A stretch of DNA of 64,000 nt from Squalus acanthias. Lineage: Eukaryota. Where the stretch lies: the NCBI GenBank assembly GCA_030390025.1, contig CM059440.1:69316001-69380000 (forward strand), read 5' to 3'. The stretch's first letter is position 1; each line of letters starts with the position of its first letter. The notes beneath the pieces were generated by a model. It worked only from the letters and a program-made list of their open reading frames with translations. It was not told where the DNA came from and did not search any database. Position numbers and translations under genes: made by a program. This document shows, in pieces, positions 59,822 to 64,000 of the stretch.

Positions 59822-61013
59822 GCTACCTTGATTACACTTCCTCCCACCCCGCTTCCTGTAAGGACTCTATTCCATTCTCCCAGTTTCTCCGTCTCCATCG
59901 CATCTGTTGTGACGATGCCACCTTCCATACTAGTACTTCCGATATGTCGCCTTTTTCCTCAACCGAGGATTCCCCTCTACCGTGATTGACCAGGCCCTCG
60001 ACCGTGTCCGACCCATTTCCCGCACTTCTGCTCTCACCCCTTCCCCTCCCTCCCAGAACCATGATAGGGTTCCCCTTGTCCTCATCTTCTACCTCACCAG
60101 CCTCCACATTCAACGGATCATCCTCCGCCATTTCCGCCACCTCCAGCGTGATGCCACCACCAAACACATCTTCCCCTCCCCTTTCAGCATTCCGAAGGGA
60201 CCGTTCCCTCCGAGACATCCTGGCCCACTCTTCAATCATCCCCAACACCCCCTTCCCTTTCCACGGCACCTTCCCGTGCAAGCACAGGAGATGCAACACC
60301 TGCCCTTTTACCTCCTCCCTTCCCACCATCCAGGGCCCCAAACACTCCTTCCAGGTGAAACAGCGATTTACTTGTACTTCTTTCAATTTAGTATACTGTA
60401 TTCGCTGCTCACGATATGGTGTCCTCTACATTGGGGAGACCAAAAGCAGATTGGGTGATTGGTTTGCAGAACACCTCCGTTCAGTCCACAAGCATGACCC
60501 TGTGCTTCCGGTCGCCTGCCATTTTAATTCTCCGCCCCACTCCCACTCTGACCTCTCTGTCCTTGGCCTCCTACACTGTTTTAATGAAGCTCAACAGAAG
60601 CTTGAGGAACAACACCTCATCTTTCGATTAGGCACTTTACAGCCTTTCGGACTCAACATTCAGTTCAACAATTTCAGATCATAACCATGGCTCCCATTTT
60701 TTCAGACTACAGCTGCTAGTAATGATTCTAGTGTTGTCATTTACAGCTTTTCTAGACCGATCTTTTGTTTCTTTACTTGTCCCATTACCATCCCCTTTTG
60801 CCTTGCAACATCCTCTCCTGCCTTCCATCCTATCACAGACCTTCCCTTTTGTTCTTTCCTCCCCTCCCCCCTTTCCCTGCCCCTGCACTTGCTTAAAACC
60901 TGTTACATCTCTAACTTTTTCCAGATCAAAAGTCAGTGACCTGAAACGTTAACTCTGTTTCTCTCTCCACACATGCTGCCTGACCTGCTGAGTATTTCCA
61001 GCATTTTCTGTTT
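59822..61013 (+). mobile_element. Penelope-like element: RT thumb, GIY-YIG endonuclease and pseudo-LTR
   Basis: LDYTSSHPASCKDSIPFSQFLRLHRIC, CKHRRCNTC, NLVYCIRCSRYGVLYIGETKSRLGDWFAEH, VACHFN and EQHLIFRLGTLQPFGLN; frameshifted. The terminal hammerhead at 60921-60954 lacks the CTGANGA box. Confidence 0.93.
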
Positions 61014-61089
61014 TATATGTATATAATTAACCATCTCAGATGTAGCATGTCAGACATACTTCAAAGTGTCATACATACAAAGTGTATAA

Positions 61090-61390
61090 TACATAAGAAA
61101 CATAAGATGTAGGAGCAAGAGTAGGCCATACGGCCCCTCGAGCCTACTCAACCATTCAATAATATCATGGCTGATCTTCAACCTCAACTCCACTTTCCCG
61201 CCCGATCCCCATATCCCTTAGAGTCCAAAAATCTATCGATCTCAGCATCCACAGCCCTCTGGTGTAGAGAATTCCAAAGATTCACAACCCTCTGAGTGAA
61301 GAAATTTCTCCTCATCTCAGTCCTAAATGGCCGACCCCTTATCATGAGACTGTGACCCCTAGTTCTTGACTCTCCAGCCAGGGGATACAA
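61090..61390 (-). mobile_element. CR1 LINE 3' end
   Basis: PLAGESRTRGHSL..RTEMRRNFFTQRVVNLWNSL plus tail. Confidence 0.9.
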
Positions 61391-62629
61391 TGTCACTTAG
61401 GGTCACAAAATATATTCAGAAAAGAGTAACAAATCACTGTTAACTGAATAATGGCAATAGTCTGAAATATGATCTAATAGGAGATGGGAAAGGAGATGGG
61501 AAACATACCAATGGACAAACAGTTACCAATAACCAACTAGCAAAGATGCGATGGGGAACTATTGAAAGTGTTCAAAATATATTTTGGAAATGCTTTCCGC
61601 CACCATCTTGCTTTCTCAGTAACCGAGGATAAGGCTTGCAACATAACAGAAAAAATAACATTAATTCATTGAGAAAAATTATCTTTCAATTATCCACAAA
61701 ATTCTCCATGCCCTACTGCCAATCCATCCAATATGGTTTGCTTCCAGAAGCCTATCCTCTCTCAGGGGCCTGAAGTTTGAGTTTTGCTATTTTCTTGCAG
61801 CTTGCTTTGTACAGCTGGGCATTCCCTGATGATATTGTTCAGATCTCCATGCACAGACAACTCCAGTGCTTAGCAAAGTGCCAGCTCTGCAATCTCCTGT
61901 CCAGTTTAGGTTATTAAAATGTAGAACTTGTTTTCAGGACGCCCACCTTGAATCTTCTCACCCAGCTCGCAGCTCAGAGCCCTCCCTGAGCCACGGATGC
62001 TCACGCCAAGCCCTCTTGCTCCATTCCTGAATGGTGCCTGTGAGCAATACCATGGGGAATCTCCTGTGCAAATGTACAAATTGGGTACAATTTACCAAAT
62101 AAATGCTTGCTTGGTCCAAGCACATTTGTGATCCCAGCGGCGAATTCTAATTTAGCAAACCACTGCCAGCTAACTCATATTATACAGAATTCCTGATCCA
62201 TGCATAAATCTTAAATATAATTCTGATCCATGCAGAAAATAATAATCCATTATCCTGTTTTTAATGCTCAATGCATTAAATATAGCGAATCCACTGCCAA
62301 ATATCAGCAAGGGCGAGTAGAAGATTTTACAAGTCTTAATCATTTTTGTGTGAAATATAGGTTCCTGTTGGATTGTCCCTGCTGAATGAATGATTGGAAT
62401 GGGCCATGGTACATACGTTTTCCAATTACCTGTTTTTATCTGCAATTTATAGAAGCCTTGACCCAATTGCAACCCATTTCTTCAGAAAGCACTTCAATCT
62501 TTATCTGAAAATGACTTTATATAAGGGAATCTTGCTCCAGACCCATTTGTTCCTAGTTCAGTCATTCTTGTAACATGCAAATGTATTACCAGGCCCTAAC
62601 ATGTATCCTCTTTGTACGCTAGACTCCTA

Positions 62630-63310
62630 AGCCCTGATTTTAAAGAGGGGCAAGGGAAGAGCGTGGGGCTGGCAGGGAAACCATCGGGCTCCCCAGTGTG
62701 AGGCCCGGATTATTTTAACTCCCGGGCCTCATTTAAATAAGTCAGGCCCGACTCCCGCCCGAAGCCGGTGTCAATGATGTAGTGCCGGCAGGCAGGAGCA
62801 GGCGGGCACATGAGAAGGCCGGTGCCGGAGACTGGCAAGAATGGTTCCCGTCAAATGGAAGTCTAGAGGGCGGGGATGCGGAAGCGATCGCTGGTGGGGG
62901 TGTGGGGGGGTGTGGGCTGAGGGAATCCCGGAGCAATGGAGTCCCTAGAATTGCTTGTGGAGCCGGGAGGAGAACTCCTGCTCCGATAAGGAATCTTTTT
63001 TTAAAAATAACTTCCCTTTTCAGCTCTCTGCTGCTTCTTGGCAGCTGGTGTTCCCGGGAAGGCCAGCAATGGGTGCCAAATGTGCGACTGCGCATTAATA
63101 TAACGTAGTGGCCTGAATTGCGTCGTGAGACCACCAACTTTTGTCTGTAAATGAGGCCTGCGGTGAGGGCTTCACATGTCTCCTGAAACCCGGAGTAAAA
63201 ATCGTGGCTGGCGTGAGCGTGGCGTCAAGCTGGAGGGCAGGCGCTGCCTCTATTATAACCCCCACCGACCCCGCCCGCCCTGATTTCGTCGGACGGGTGG
63301 AGTTCAAATT
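62630..63310. mobile_element. GC-rich non-autonomous DNA element
   Basis: GCCCTGATTTTAA start, CpG-rich body and MITE-like architecture; right TIR is poor. Confidence 0.4.
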
Positions 63311-64000
63311 GGCTCTTTAACCCCATTAGACTTCTGTAGTAGAATTGCAGAACCATTTTATTATTGTACCCTCCTGTTAATCAGGAGGCAGCCTTGTTCT
63401 GCAATGAAAGCACGACATTAATCTCTCGCAATCTTCAATCAAGATCACTTTACTTTTGTGTATGCTTAGCTTGATTTCCTTCTTATTAAGACCCGAGTAC
63501 ACACAATACAGAATTACAGCTGGTAGAACGTGAATAATAAGCTGTAATTTAATCCTGGGGTTCAGGTGATGCGTATAAGCCACTTCAATGATGGTTTGAA
63601 ATTAAAAAGATATTAAATTGTAGGCTCACACTGCTCTCAATCTCTCCTCCTTTATCAAACAGAGTAATTTAATTTAAGCATTAATAATGAGCTTCTTTTG
63701 TAGAAGTAAGGAAATGGACGTTTTGTTTGAAGGGATCCGAGTGCAGTGTGTCAGACATATTAGATGATGATAAATGGCACCGTTGATGGAAATTGATGAG
63801 TCCCAGTCGCCCAGTTGGAAACACATGCTTGTTAGTCCAGCTGGAGGGAAAGGTGGTGCTCTATTGATCTAATCATTCTGCATCTTCAGAATTTTCGTTT
63901 TCAAATTTGTGCTAACTGAGGTGAGGCGAATGCTGTAAACAGTTGGCAGAGTGTGAAGCTGCTCGTTTACCACAAGAGAGAATAACTAAATGATTGCTTT

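Noticed and set aside
60921-60954. Hammerhead position downstream of the Penelope ORF
   Set aside because: The CTGANGA box is missing and stem II is mismatched, so it was not called as a ribozyme.
46918-64000. Search for the large upstream DLGAP3 coding exon or GKAP-type alternative first exons
   Set aside because: No SAPAP-like ORF found; upstream exons probably lie beyond the window. Very short exons cannot be excluded by eye.
1-64000. Prokaryotic-type systems (CRISPR arrays, operons, defence islands) and the many other short ORFs in the track
   Set aside because: The sequence is a spliced vertebrate locus with no regularly spaced direct-repeat array. The remaining ORFs are transposon fragments, antisense shadows or chance frames.

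Overview
This is eukaryotic vertebrate DNA, most likely from a cartilaginous fish (shark), judging by HE1/V-SINE-like, Deu-SINE-like, CR1, L2 and Penelope repeats. The whole window lies inside one minus-strand gene of the SAPAP/GKAP family, best matching DLGAP3 (SAPAP3). I reconstructed six coding exons with canonical AG/GT ends and consistent phases: 46917-46697, 33512-33341, 24653-24416, 13314-12974, 7349-7255 and 1948-1524. Two of these (33512-33341 and 7349-7255) are not represented in the correct frame in the supplied ORF track. Both ends of the gene fall outside the window. The introns are packed with CR1, L2 and RTE LINE fragments, Penelope-like elements, SINEs, Harbinger transposase relics, MITEs and three solo LTRs with 5-bp TSDs. 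The most notable observations are: (1) minimal hammerhead-ribozyme motifs in Penelope termini, with intact cores only antisense to the host pre-mRNA; (2) an extended DLGAP3 exon that keeps half-decayed GK-binding repeats and has an internal AG exactly where the mammalian exon appears to start; (3) a short solo-LTR family carrying a CTCF-like motif; (4) a perfect 45-bp-arm palindrome with a 14-bp TSD. Family assignments come from recalled motifs, not database searches, and most repeat boundaries are approximate. I see no clear evidence for a wholly new multi-gene system.
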